Below are positions 7,949-17,099 of a stretch of DNA of 64,000 nt, in pieces (the stretch's first letter is position 1; each line of letters begins with the position of its first letter). The notes under the pieces are model-generated. The model was not told the DNA's origin. It ran no database searches and saw nothing but the letters and a program-made list of their open reading frames with translations. A program made the translations under genes and the position numbers. Location of the stretch: sequence record PQ464590.1; one strand, 5' to 3'.

Positions 7949-9427
7949 TTATAGTCCTTTATTTGCACGAGCACGTACATCATCAAAGCTGCTTAGGTTC
8001 ATGATCTCACCGTTGATATACATATCTACCATCATATCACGGAGGAATGGATTCACCTCTTGTAGCTCAATACGTTCGGCTAGGATCTTACCACTGCTGG
8101 TACATTCGTAAGTAGTCACACGACCACGTAGAGAACGTTTACCAACATCGGTAATTGGGTCTTTGAACAGGTCTTCCCAAGTACCATCTGCTAGCTGCTG
8201 TGCAGAACCTTTCATTGCAAAGGAATATGTATCGCGGCCTTTCTCTGGGTGTACAAGTTTACCACCCATACCGAATACGATATTCTCTAAAGAGTACATC
8301 TTAGCTTCTAAGTTCTCAACGATAGTACGGATACTTTCTTCGTTGATGCCGTCGCCTTGAATAACTCCGATATAACCTGGAAGTACAGAATAGCCATTTG
8401 CGTTTACAGTACTACCAAATTTCTCCATCAAAATCTCTAGGATTTCGATAGGCATTGTGGTTGGATCACCACTGTCTGGACGCATAACAAGTTTAGCACC
8501 AGGGCAGCGTTTACCAATCTCTTCAATTGTTGCTTTTAGTTTAGTACCGATGAAGTCACGCACGAAACGTTTAGCGTCATAAGTATCGATAACTACAGAA
8601 ACAATTGGTGGTACACCTACTGAACCGTTAGCAATGTATTTCTCTACTTTCTTCTCCCATAGGCGAACCATTTTGATTGCCATGTTGAAGTCATCGCGTT
8701 TGTCCGCGTCAGAGTTAGAGCAAGTAGCACTGTGCTCACTAGCTGTAACACTGCTCAAGTACGCGTTCGTGGTGCGATAGTAAGCTTTGATGTAACGGTT
8801 AGCCGCTAGGCAGTCTGATCCATTGAACACCACAGCGTGAGAAATACCTGCAAGGATTGCAGACTCATAGCTTGATGCAGAACGGTCGCCAAAGTTATGC
8901 AAGTGGTAATCGACAAAGCGATGACCAGCGTGACGTTCCATAACATCAGCAAGGAACACTTTGATACTACGAGCGTTCGAAGCTACAGTGGTAGGGAACT
9001 GCACTGCACGTTGAAGTTGAGTTTCAATGTACGATGCGATAACTTTTACACGTGGATCAGTACTGAAGGAGCGTAATAGTGGAACTCCAACAGGAACTAC
9101 AGTACCTTCTGGAATTGCACGGATGTGAAGCGGGAGTTTTCCACCATGAACATTCACGATGTGTTCCCAGAATTCACGGTCAAAATCATCACCACGCTCA
9201 GTGGTTTCTAGTTCAGCTTCATCGATATCAGCCGTTGTAATCGTAATATCAAGGTACTCTTGGAGATAAATCTCTAGACCCATCATCACTACATGACTGG
9301 TATATTTTGTTGGCTTACGAGCAACGATGTTAGATTCTAGACCGATTACACCGTCTTTCATCATAGCATCATGACCAGTTTTGTAAGAGTCAACGTTCAG
9401 GATAAAGTTCACATTTAGATTTTTCAT
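7949..9427 (-). CDS. nadV: nicotinamide phosphoribosyltransferase
   Basis: DSYKTGH, LHNFGDRS, ASEHS, SVVIDTYD, LVMRPDSGDP, VIQGDGI, FGMGG, RDTYSFAMK. Confidence 0.93.
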   Translation of the reverse strand: MKNLNVNFILNVDSYKTGHDAMMKDGVIGLESNIVARKPTKYTSHVVMMGLEIYLQEYLDITITTADIDEAELETTERGDDFDREFWEHIVNVHGGKLPLHIRAIPEGTVVPVGVPLLRSFSTDPRVKVIASYIETQLQRAVQFPTTVASNARSIKVFLADVMERHAGHRFVDYHLHNFGDRSASSYESAILAGISHAVVFNGSDCLAANRYIKAYYRTTNAYLSSVTASEHSATCSNSDADKRDDFNMAIKMVRLWEKKVEKYIANGSVGVPPIVSVVIDTYDAKRFVRDFIGTKLKATIEEIGKRCPGAKLVMRPDSGDPTTMPIEILEILMEKFGSTVNANGYSVLPGYIGVIQGDGINEESIRTIVENLEAKMYSLENIVFGMGGKLVHPEKGRDTYSFAMKGSAQQLADGTWEDLFKDPITDVGKRSLRGRVTTYECTSSGKILAERIELQEVNPFLRDMMVDMYINGEIMNLSSFDDVRARANKGL

Positions 9428-9475
9428 ATTGTATTACCTCTTTGGTATTAGTTAGAGAAAGCTACACGCTTTCCA

Positions 9476-10003
9476 TTATGTTAGCAAACTCACCGGAAGT
9501 TTGTACTTCAATTCCGCGTTGGAGAACATATCTTTGTCTCCTGGGATCATCATTTTGAAGTATCTTTCCTCCTTAGAATTCACGATATCCAGTACTGGAA
9601 AAGTATTTCCATTTTTGTGTACTAGGATTCCGTTCGAAGTATATTCATGAACTGCACTCATATACTTCTTTGAAATTGTTAGGGTACAATCGTATACTTT
9701 TCCGTACTGATATACCCACTGACCAATGTCAGTACTTCTTGAACCATCGAATGGATACTGAAAGTTCATATCAGAAGTACCGAACCATTGCCGAGCAATG
9801 AACCAAAACCTATTATGACCTTGTATATCCATTGCCCGATTCAGATGCCTCACCGCATCAAATATAACATCTTCAGATGACGCACTGAACCCCACATTGA
9901 AAAGAATCAACTCTTCCATTTCATGTTTGTTATAAACCATTCCTGGATGGTTACTAAGGGATTTTATTTCATCCAATAGCCCAGGTGTCAGTACGTACAA
10001 CAT
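9476..10003 (-). CDS. hypothetical protein between natV and nadV
   Basis: ORF abutting natV; start MLYVL. Confidence 0.7.
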   Translation of the reverse strand: MLYVLTPGLLDEIKSLSNHPGMVYNKHEMEELILFNVGFSASSEDVIFDAVRHLNRAMDIQGHNRFWFIARQWFGTSDMNFQYPFDGSRSTDIGQWVYQYGKVYDCTLTISKKYMSAVHEYTSNGILVHKNGNTFPVLDIVNSKEERYFKMMIPGDKDMFSNAELKYKLPVSLLT

Positions 10004-10004
10004 A

Positions 10005-11108
10005 TTACAGAATTCCCAAGAAGGTGTCAATGATAGATACGTGATCTACAAAGAATTTATCACGGTTCTTAGCAATCTCGGTCATTGGCATCCAGAAGCA
10101 ACCTTTGAGGTCATCTGAACCTTTGACTTTAGGTAGTTTAGTACCTTCGAGTTTGATGTACGCACACTTCGTAATTACACGCCAGCGTGGGTCACGGTCG
10201 AAGTCACCAAACTCTTCTACGCGTTCAATCGAACCACGGAGTTTCTTCTCAGGTACGTCAATTTTGGTTTCTTCTTTCAGTTCACGGATAGCGGCATCAA
10301 CCTGATCCTTATCTTTCCATGCATCGAAGAATCCACCAGGGAGACAGTACAGACCTTTTCCTGGTTCAGAGCGACGAATACCTACTAGTACGTGACCTGC
10401 ACATACAACAAGGCTATCACCCGTCAGGAACGGAATTGTATCGAACGGTAGCTTTTTCTTCATATCTGATTTGTATTTTTGCGTGAACGCATGTTCTTTT
10501 ACTAGATAGTCAAATACATCAGATTTATCTACACTAAATTTATTCAAGAACTCAATAGATTCAGCAGGAAGATTTTCTGGAATCTGTTTAGTACTGAATA
10601 GTTGATTACGAATAGATGAACTGTTCAAAACTTCAGAACTGTACACCTGAACGGAATTCTGATTTTTAGTTTTGAACCCACTAACTTCAGGGATAAAATC
10701 TTGCTTCCACTGCGGGAAGAACTCAAGATAAAAAGTACTGTCATCGCCTTCTTTACGACAACCAGTTAGAGTAATGTTCTCACTCTTAGTACATGAGCGA
10801 ACTTGCTGCTGAACTTCCATGAGCCATTTCTGGTTGTTGTACACGAAATCATGCACAGGTAGGATGTCAATATTCACACGACGACCTTTCGCCCATTCGT
10901 CTTGTGCAAGACGGATTGTGATACTGTCCAGTACTTTAGCACGCTCATCAAAGGTGAACGGGTTCTTTGGGCTGCGAGCTTGTTCAGCACTACCAACCAG
11001 AACGATTACACGGTCAGCAGTTTTGATTGCATGTTCCAGTACTGCTTCGTGACCATTGTGTGCTGGCTGGAAGCGTCCAATATATACATATACGTTTTCG
11101 TTTTTCAT
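10005..11108 (-). CDS. natV: bifunctional NMN adenylyltransferase / ADP-ribose Nudix hydrolase (NadM-Nudix)
   Basis: GRFQPAHNGH, GSA...KNPFTFDER, SSSIR; C-terminal LPGGF...AAIRELKEET and RDPRWRVIT. Confidence 0.92.
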   Translation of the reverse strand: MKNENVYVYIGRFQPAHNGHEAVLEHAIKTADRVIVLVGSAEQARSPKNPFTFDERAKVLDSITIRLAQDEWAKGRRVNIDILPVHDFVYNNQKWLMEVQQQVRSCTKSENITLTGCRKEGDDSTFYLEFFPQWKQDFIPEVSGFKTKNQNSVQVYSSEVLNSSSIRNQLFSTKQIPENLPAESIEFLNKFSVDKSDVFDYLVKEHAFTQKYKSDMKKKLPFDTIPFLTGDSLVVCAGHVLVGIRRSEPGKGLYCLPGGFFDAWKDKDQVDAAIRELKEETKIDVPEKKLRGSIERVEEFGDFDRDPRWRVITKCAYIKLEGTKLPKVKGSDDLKGCFWMPMTEIAKNRDKFFVDHVSIIDTFLGIL

Positions 11109-11158
11109 ATCTAATCCTCTTAGGTTTTGTTTACACCAACTCCACGTTGGATAATTTT

Positions 11159-11188
11159 ATTATATCACATAATTGAGAGATGTCCCAA
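11159..11188 (-). promoter_or_regulatory. promoter of the TTGGGA-N18-TATAAT class, driving natV-nadV
   Basis: TTGGGA CATCTCTCAATTATGTGA TATAAT. Confidence 0.7.
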
Positions 11189-11809
11189 TTATTTTTTTTC
11201 TTTCACTTCCTGAATTGCACCCCAACGAACGAGATCGCCGCGTTGAACATTTACAATACTGGAACCGTATGTTTGCGAGACTTGTAGAAGCACATCACTC
11301 GGAATACCGTTCGCAGAGTAGAAAGAGATCATCATCGCAGAACGGACTACTGCACGTTGTGCAAAGTCCATTGCATCATGAACTGTCACTGTTACAGACT
11401 TTGTATCAATGGTATTGGTGATACCGAACGAAACATTGTGAAGACCAAGTAACGCATTCGGTGCAATGTCTCGTTGATCAAGTTTAGCTCCAAAGAAAAT
11501 AAATGTACAAGCACTTGCACAGTACCGTGGAACATAAACTGAAATGTTCTTCTGGTAAACCATTTGGGCAATCTTCATGCCAGCATCATAATCACCACCA
11601 TTACTAGTGACGGACATATGTTCAAATGGTTTCAATTTATACATCCTTTGCAAATATGCAAAGGAGTCTTCTGATATTGAAGCACCAAAATGAATGACGT
11701 TTTCTTTATCGCGGACAATCTTATTGGAAAGGTTCTCCGCTGAACTTGGAATCGTAAAAATCATCCACAGCAGGAATACCTGCACCATTTCTAATAAAAT
11801 CTTTTTCAT
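11189..11809 (-). CDS. exported ClpP/crotonase-fold protein
   Basis: Signal-peptide-like N-terminus; SNGGDYDAGMKIA, CASACTFIFFGA, LGLH. Confidence 0.65.
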   Translation of the reverse strand: MKKILLEMVQVFLLWMIFTIPSSAENLSNKIVRDKENVIHFGASISEDSFAYLQRMYKLKPFEHMSVTSNGGDYDAGMKIAQMVYQKNISVYVPRYCASACTFIFFGAKLDQRDIAPNALLGLHNVSFGITNTIDTKSVTVTVHDAMDFAQRAVVRSAMMISFYSANGIPSDVLLQVSQTYGSSIVNVQRGDLVRWGAIQEVKEKK

Positions 11810-11840
11810 ATACCCTCATGTGAAACCATAATGAACGCTA

Positions 11841-11869
11841 ATAATAGCTTTTACATCGACGTATGTCAA
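11841..11869 (-). promoter_or_regulatory. sigma70-like promoter
   Basis: TTGACA-N17-TATTAT. Confidence 0.7.
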
Positions 11870-11909
11870 TATATATTTAAATGTTTTGGGAGCCGATTGG
11901 CCCCCTTTG

Positions 11910-12191
11910 TTACTTAGTTTCGTTCAGTTTTGTCAACACATATTCAGCTTTTATCATGTCTTTATACAAAATACGTTTACCGTACCAAGTACATACTGGC
12001 ACTTCTTTGTTTTTCAAAACGTTCACAATATAATACTTATTTGATTCTGGGTCGAACCGCTTCTCGTAGTTACGAACCAACTTGGTACTTTCTGGTTCAA
12101 CAGTACTGTTTTTTGCGATGTACAAGATTACACCAACAACCAATGCAAGTACTACAAAAATCAAAACGAAACGAGCAAGTAATAGTAGCAT
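11910..12191 (-). CDS. membrane-anchored hypothetical protein
   Basis: N-terminal TM segment MLLLLARFVLIFVV; GGAGG RBS. Confidence 0.7.
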   Translation of the reverse strand: MLLLLARFVLIFVVLALVVGVILYIAKNSTVEPESTKLVRNYEKRFDPESNKYYIVNVLKNKEVPVCTWYGKRILYKDMIKAEYVLTKLNETK

Positions 12192-12219
12192 AATTGCCTC
12201 CTTTATAAATGGTTCAAGT

Positions 12220-12248
12220 ATGATACCCCTGTTTGGGGAGATTGTCAA
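12220..12248 (-). promoter_or_regulatory. sigma70-like promoter
   Basis: TTGACA-N17-TATCAT. Confidence 0.7.
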
Positions 12249-12312
12249 TAAATATTTAATAGTTCCAAAATCCATCAGTTGAAAAGTTATTCGAGTTGTA
12301 GTTTATTAATAC

Positions 12313-12341
12313 AAAAAAGGAGCCTTATGGCTCCTTTTTAT
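12313..12341. terminator. intrinsic terminator
   Basis: A-tract-GGAGCCTTATGGCTCC-T-tract. Confidence 0.8.
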
Positions 12342-12810
12342 TTGCTTCATCTAATGTAATTACTTCAATACCAGCATTCTTCAGTACTGCAATTGCTTCA
12401 TCTGGAGTTCGAGGGTACTCTTTGTCATAAATGACTTTTGTGATCCCTGAACCAGCAATCAATAATGAACATGTATAACAAGGCTGTAGTGTACTATATA
12501 ATGTAGCACCTTCTCGGTCAATAGGTGCACTATATAAAAGTGCATTCATTTCAGCATGAATCTCATGCATCTGACTCCAATGATGATGCTGAACCTTAGC
12601 ATCTTCCGAAACCCATTGTTGTAAAGTTTTGTTGTGCACTAGGTGTGCATTAACGTCACAACAATTAGGTTGCTTAGCTGGAGTTCCATTATATCCAGTA
12701 CTGACAATTCTATCGTTCTTTACTATTACCGCTCCTACGTGATGAGAGATACACTTACTCTCATCTGCTACATCATAAGCGATCTTCATCCAAGTTGAAT
12801 GCTTCATCAT
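12325..12810 (-). CDS. cd: dCMP deaminase
   Basis: VGAVIV, STGYNGTP, HAEMNAL, PCYTC. Confidence 0.93.
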   Translation of the reverse strand: MMKHSTWMKIAYDVADESKCISHHVGAVIVKNDRIVSTGYNGTPAKQPNCCDVNAHLVHNKTLQQWVSEDAKVQHHHWSQMHEIHAEMNALLYSAPIDREGATLYSTLQPCYTCSLLIAGSGITKVIYDKEYPRTPDEAIAVLKNAGIEVITLDEANKKEP

Positions 12811-13291
12811 AAATTCCTTCTTTTAGTGCTAATTCTTTTAGCTGTTCATGCCATTCCAGTACTTTGAAATAGTCTTCTAAATCCGCTCCATCAATCTGGA
12901 ATGGTTGTTTAGCGTACTTTCCCCATTTCTTGACGAGTTTAGAAACGTATGATTTCCGGTTCTCACCGCCAATCCAATACTCATGGATGTGATATTTTAG
13001 GTCAATGAACTCTTCCGAAGTCGGTGGAAGTTCTTTGACAATTGGCATATTACCCATGAAACCAAATACACGGAAAGTACCATCCCAGTAGTGATGGATG
13101 TCATACCAACTGTCAATAGTGTACCGGAAACGTTTCCATTTACTTTTCAGTACTACATTTTCCAGAATACCACGACGATGTTCGATGGTTTCACGGTAAT
13201 GTTGTTGGCACTTGTTGTACAAGTCAGCAAGTTTATCCAAATTGTCCAACCATGTTGTCGTTTGTTTCGGTGTTAGTTCTTTTAGTATCAT
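12773..13291 (-). CDS. hypothetical protein
   Basis: ORF track; resembles 13796..14347. Confidence 0.75.
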   Translation of the reverse strand: MILKELTPKQTTTWLDNLDKLADLYNKCQQHYRETIEHRRGILENVVLKSKWKRFRYTIDSWYDIHHYWDGTFRVFGFMGNMPIVKELPPTSEEFIDLKYHIHEYWIGGENRKSYVSKLVKKWGKYAKQPFQIDGADLEDYFKVLEWHEQLKELALKEGIYDEAFNLDEDRL

Positions 13292-13818
13292 TTTAGAATC
13301 CCAAATAGTTTCATGCGACCCGTACTTTCGCGTGCATGTCTGTGTAGATTGGCAATACGCAAATCTACCAAGAAGTTAGTTCCATACATATCGATGTGTT
13401 TGATAGTACTGTACGATTCACGGATGCATGTCATATAGAACATTTCTATACATGCAAGTTTGATGATGCGGACTTTAGTACTGAAATTAGTTTCATCAAT
13501 TACTGAACCAGTAAGTTTAGCTAATTTCTTTGTGTTCAAACCCCATGAGTACGATTTCGGGGCAACGTACATGAACGGAACTACAGAGTTGCCGTTCGAA
13601 TTGATCTGGAGTGTAGTGAATTTGGTGATTTTATCCAGGAACTTCACGAAGTCCACTTTCTCACCGAACCAAGGCTTAGGTCCACGTGTCAAATACAATT
13701 CATAGAAGTCCAGAAGTATCTGTGCAGCTTCTTTGTTCAATAGTTCAAGACCACGTATGTATGTTTCAAGATCTAATTTGATATCTTGTATAGCATTACT
13801 CTGCACTGGCGATTCCAT
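13288..13818 (-). CDS. hypothetical protein
   Basis: ORF track; overlapping junctions. Confidence 0.75.
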   Translation of the reverse strand: MESPVQSNAIQDIKLDLETYIRGLELLNKEAAQILLDFYELYLTRGPKPWFGEKVDFVKFLDKITKFTTLQINSNGNSVVPFMYVAPKSYSWGLNTKKLAKLTGSVIDETNFSTKVRIIKLACIEMFYMTCIRESYSTIKHIDMYGTNFLVDLRIANLHRHARESTGRMKLFGILK

Positions 13819-14347
13819 TTTTCACTTCCTCTAAGCGTTTGGTCATATGAGATAGATCATCACGCAGGTCATCAATAGCAAGAATATCTTCGGCTGTTAG
13901 TTCAAAGGGACGTTCTGCGAACTTCATAAGAAGATCAGCAAAATTACGATTCTTTTCATGTGACAGTACATAGCGTGTAGCATAACTAGCTAGAGTGAGT
14001 AGTGTTTGATCACATTTTTTATCTAAAAAATAACGGCAGTCGTACCCACTATAATCCACAAACATGAATGGTTCATTATCAGTGAACTGAATAGTTTTTG
14101 GATTTGATACAGTACTGAAACCTGCACTGTACTTACCAAGTATACCACGAATCATACCAGCTTCATCTACTGGTTTGAATGTAAATGGATTCCAAAGGCT
14201 ATATTTGAAATCACGAACGTACGTTTTATGAGCTTCGAGCATACGCTCTTTCAACAACGCATGGATCTCACGAGCGGTAGTTACACGGTCATGAAGCATC
14301 TGGATAATGTCAGCAGTTTCTTTTGGGGTAATCTTACGAATTTTCAT
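13796..14347 (-). CDS. hypothetical protein
   Basis: Start MKIRK after a GGAG RBS. Confidence 0.75.
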   Translation of the reverse strand: MKIRKITPKETADIIQMLHDRVTTAREIHALLKERMLEAHKTYVRDFKYSLWNPFTFKPVDEAGMIRGILGKYSAGFSTVSNPKTIQFTDNEPFMFVDYSGYDCRYFLDKKCDQTLLTLASYATRYVLSHEKNRNFADLLMKFAERPFELTAEDILAIDDLRDDLSHMTKRLEEVKNGIASAE

Positions 14348-14360
14348 ATTTTCTCCACGT

Positions 14361-14381
14361 AAAAAAGCCACATTACGTGGC
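14361..14381 (-). terminator. intrinsic terminator
   Basis: GCCACGTAATGTGGC followed by TTTTTT on the minus strand. Confidence 0.7.
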
Positions 14382-14391
14382 CTATTTTTGA

Positions 14392-14841
14392 TTATTTAGG
14401 TACGTAGTTGTACTGTTTTAGATCAGTACTGTTCAAGATACCCTCATCATAACCTAGTTGTAGGATTTTGTCAAACGCTTCTTCAACCAACCGCACGACA
14501 TCAGAATAACGATAGATATCATCTTTCTGGAACTCTACGTGTTTTATTAGACCATATAAAATTGGACGCATATGATCTGCATGGAGCTTACGCATACGCT
14601 CGTTGCGTGTTGCAGCCAGGATATCATTCCAATCCGGCACAAAGCGTTCAGGGCGACGTGGTACATCGTACAAGGTCGTAGGGAAAGCCACATTACCAGT
14701 ACTTTTAGCCGAGTCTGCTTGGGCTGCACGATAACCTAAACGGAAGAATGGACTTTTCTCTTTTAGCTCAGCAACAGTTAGTGGTGCATTACTGAAAAAA
14801 TAGTCATATCCTAGTTTGCGTTGTTCTGATTCATTACTCAT
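14392..14841 (-). CDS. hypothetical protein
   Basis: ORF track; AGGAG RBS. Confidence 0.75.
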   Translation of the reverse strand: MSNESEQRKLGYDYFFSNAPLTVAELKEKSPFFRLGYRAAQADSAKSTGNVAFPTTLYDVPRRPERFVPDWNDILAATRNERMRKLHADHMRPILYGLIKHVEFQKDDIYRYSDVVRLVEEAFDKILQLGYDEGILNSTDLKQYNYVPK

Positions 14842-14923
14842 TGAATTACTCCTTGTTGTGTTCTATAACTTATTTCTGACAAATATAGTAAATACTTAAA
14901 AGTCTTTTTAAGGGGATTATAAC

Positions 14924-15586
14924 ATGAAACCTATAGCAAAAATGGGAGATTTTCCATTCTCAGTTGATGGTATTTCAGTATTCGCAGCTACTGATGAAGC
15001 TTCTCAACCAATTTCTGATGAATTGTTCATCGTAAATGAACGTTCTACACGTATTTTCGATCTTATCAATAAGGATGAGGACGAAATGTATACATTTAAA
15101 AGTATGGTTCATCGTGACAAAAATAACAATTTACTACCACTATCAGCTACTGCATCTGAATTACAAGCACTACTAGGAAAAAACCAATTCGTTGTTAAAA
15201 TCTACGACATCGACACTGGTGATGTACTTGGTTATGCATACAAATTCTTCACCAATAAGTTCATTCTTAGTACTGGGGTTGAAGTTCCTGTTGTTGATTT
15301 TAACAAGCAAACAACTGCACCAGCACCTGTTGTTGTTCCAGTTACAAGTGTTGCTTTGAATAAAACTACCTCTACTGGTACAGTTGGTGGTGATGAACAA
15401 CTAACTGTTACGGTTCTACCTGCTGACGCTACTGATAAATCAGTCACGTGGTCATCTTCTGGTCCAGAAGCAACAGTATCCAGTACTGGCTTAGTGACTT
15501 TCGTAAGTGAAGGTACAGTAACCATTACAGTAACTAGCACTGATGGTTCACATACTGCATCTTGTGTATTCACACTATCTGTATAA
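14924..15586 (+). CDS. Ig-like (Big_2) domain protein, probably virion-associated
   Basis: C-terminal VPVTSVALNKT...LTVTVLPADATDKSVTWSSS...VSSTGLVT...GTVTITVTSTDG; only convincing plus-strand gene. Confidence 0.85.
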   Translation: MKPIAKMGDFPFSVDGISVFAATDEASQPISDELFIVNERSTRIFDLINKDEDEMYTFKSMVHRDKNNNLLPLSATASELQALLGKNQFVVKIYDIDTGDVLGYAYKFFTNKFILSTGVEVPVVDFNKQTTAPAPVVVPVTSVALNKTTSTGTVGGDEQLTVTVLPADATDKSVTWSSSGPEATVSSTGLVTFVSEGTVTITVTSTDGSHTASCVFTLSV

Positions 15587-15595
15587 TTACTTAAT

Positions 15596-15622
15596 AAAAA
15601 GCCGCATCTGCGGCTTTTTTTT
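15596..15622. terminator. bidirectional terminator between convergent genes
   Basis: AAAAAGCCGCATCTGCGGCTTTTTTT. Confidence 0.9.
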
Positions 15623-15623
15623 A

Positions 15624-15908
15624 TTATTTCTCAATAGCTTTCTTATCTAAGAAAGTACCTTCTTCTTGGCGGCGACTTGCAGCGTGTGCAAATAGTGAAG
15701 TTGCACTGATGTTCTCTTTTTGTAGAATTGAATTGCTCAATTCAAGAATATCACTTAGTGCATCAAGAATATTTGCAGTTTCAGTTTGGTTCTTTAGCAC
15801 TTCAACACGTTCATTGATTGTATCATAACATGCATCAATGAATTCAGAATCTGACAGTACTACCGCTTCTTCAGGGGCTGTTCCACCCCGAACTAAAATT
15901 TTAGTCAT
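15624..15908 (-). CDS. hypothetical protein
   Basis: Start MTKIL overlaps the clpP stop. Confidence 0.65.
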   Translation of the reverse strand: MTKILVRGGTAPEEAVVLSDSEFIDACYDTINERVEVLKNQTETANILDALSDILELSNSILQKENISATSLFAHAASRRQEEGTFLDKKAIEK

Positions 15909-16603
15909 TATACCCATTCCTCAACACCATTACGGCGTTTTACAAGTAGTTGGCCTTTCTCGTTCTGTTGACCAAGATAGATACCATCGATGAAGCCTTT
16001 AGTTCCGTAGTTCAATGCTTCTTCAGCATTTAGCCACATATCACGGTCACAGTCTTTTAGAAATGTCTCATAATCCTGACCTACTGCTTCAGCAATTTCG
16101 GACATTAGTAATGTGTTCAAGTTCAAACTATGTTGTAGTGAAATTTGTTGGTCTTTCACCGTACCTTGAGTACCGGAGCTTACCATATGTGCCATGATTT
16201 GAGCACGCTTACCAGCAAGACGCATACCAGGTGTACCCATAGTACTTTGCATGTAACAGCCCATAGATGCAGCCATACCCATTACTACAGTACGGACCGG
16301 AGAACGCATGTTGTCAATAACATCCGCAATACCAATACCTGCATGTACTGATCCACCTGGAGAGTTGATGTACAGAGTGATTGGGGACGAATCTTGTGCA
16401 TCCAACCATAGTAGCTGCATCTTGATTACATGTGCCATGTGGTCATCAAAACCAGTATCAACCATGATGATACGAGAGTTCATCAAACGGGATGGTAGAT
16501 CGTAAGAACGCTCACCCTGTGGAGTTTGTTCAACTACGATTGGGATAGTGATGTTTTCAGGTGATAGAGAAGAATGAGGTAGTGGTAGAATATTTGCGTT
16601 CAT
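15908..16603 (-). CDS. clpP: ClpP protease proteolytic subunit
   Basis: PIVVEQTPQGERSYDL, YINSPGG, AASMG (Ser), MAHMV (His), DRDMWL (Asp). Confidence 0.92.
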   Translation of the reverse strand: MNANILPLPHSSLSPENITIPIVVEQTPQGERSYDLPSRLMNSRIIMVDTGFDDHMAHVIKMQLLWLDAQDSSPITLYINSPGGSVHAGIGIADVIDNMRSPVRTVVMGMAASMGCYMQSTMGTPGMRLAGKRAQIMAHMVSSGTQGTVKDQQISLQHSLNLNTLLMSEIAEAVGQDYETFLKDCDRDMWLNAEEALNYGTKGFIDGIYLGQQNEKGQLLVKRRNGVEEWV

Positions 16604-16640
16604 ATAAATTCCTTATGTTGTACTACAATTTTCAGTACTG

Positions 16641-16668
16641 ATTATATCATATCAGTGAATAAAGTCAA
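16641..16668 (-). promoter_or_regulatory. sigma70-like promoter for clpP
   Basis: TTGACT-N16-TATAAT with extended TG. Confidence 0.6.
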
Positions 16669-17090
16669 GCTTTTTCATAAAAATGTGACATTGCAATTGC
16701 ATAAATTTGTTCAACCGCTGCTACTGGAAACAAGATTCTTTTCTGAATCTCAACACCATAATGAATTGGTCCTAATCCTGCAATATCTTTACGTGCACGT
16801 GGATAAATCGTATACAGCGGAGCACCAATGCCCTGTTTATTGCACAGTACTATTCTGTCCAGCAATTGGTCTTCAATACGTCTGTCGTAACACCACTGAT
16901 TTATTCGAGTGTACTCTTCTCGATGTTTGAGACATAAAGCACCAATCTTTCCTAGTTCGTACTTATATATCTGTTCTGAATCGTACAGCATTTGTGTAGG
17001 AATACTTAGCTGCCCTGTCATATTTTCTTTGTACTCTGAAACATAAGAGACACCTCTTATGTTCATAAGTATAAATCCATTCTTGTACAT
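16665..17090 (-). CDS. hypothetical protein
   Basis: ORF track; GGAG RBS. Confidence 0.7.
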   Translation of the reverse strand: MYKNGFILMNIRGVSYVSEYKENMTGQLSIPTQMLYDSEQIYKYELGKIGALCLKHREEYTRINQWCYDRRIEDQLLDRIVLCNKQGIGAPLYTIYPRARKDIAGLGPIHYGVEIQKRILFPVAAVEQIYAIAMSHFYEKA

Positions 17091-17099
17091 ATAAGTCTC

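Noticed and set aside
7949-9427. Namat (NARP1 pathway) assignment
   Set aside because: No PRPP-synthetase-like Adps gene nearby; the partner is an NMNAT-Nudix, which fits NadV/NatV.
15232-15573. Minus-strand 113-aa Val/Thr-rich ORF
   Set aside because: Antisense mirror of the Ig-domain codons of 14924..15586.
15908-16603. Prohead protease of a head morphogenesis module
   Set aside because: No terminase, portal or capsid genes nearby, and the sequence resembles cellular ClpP with an early-type promoter.
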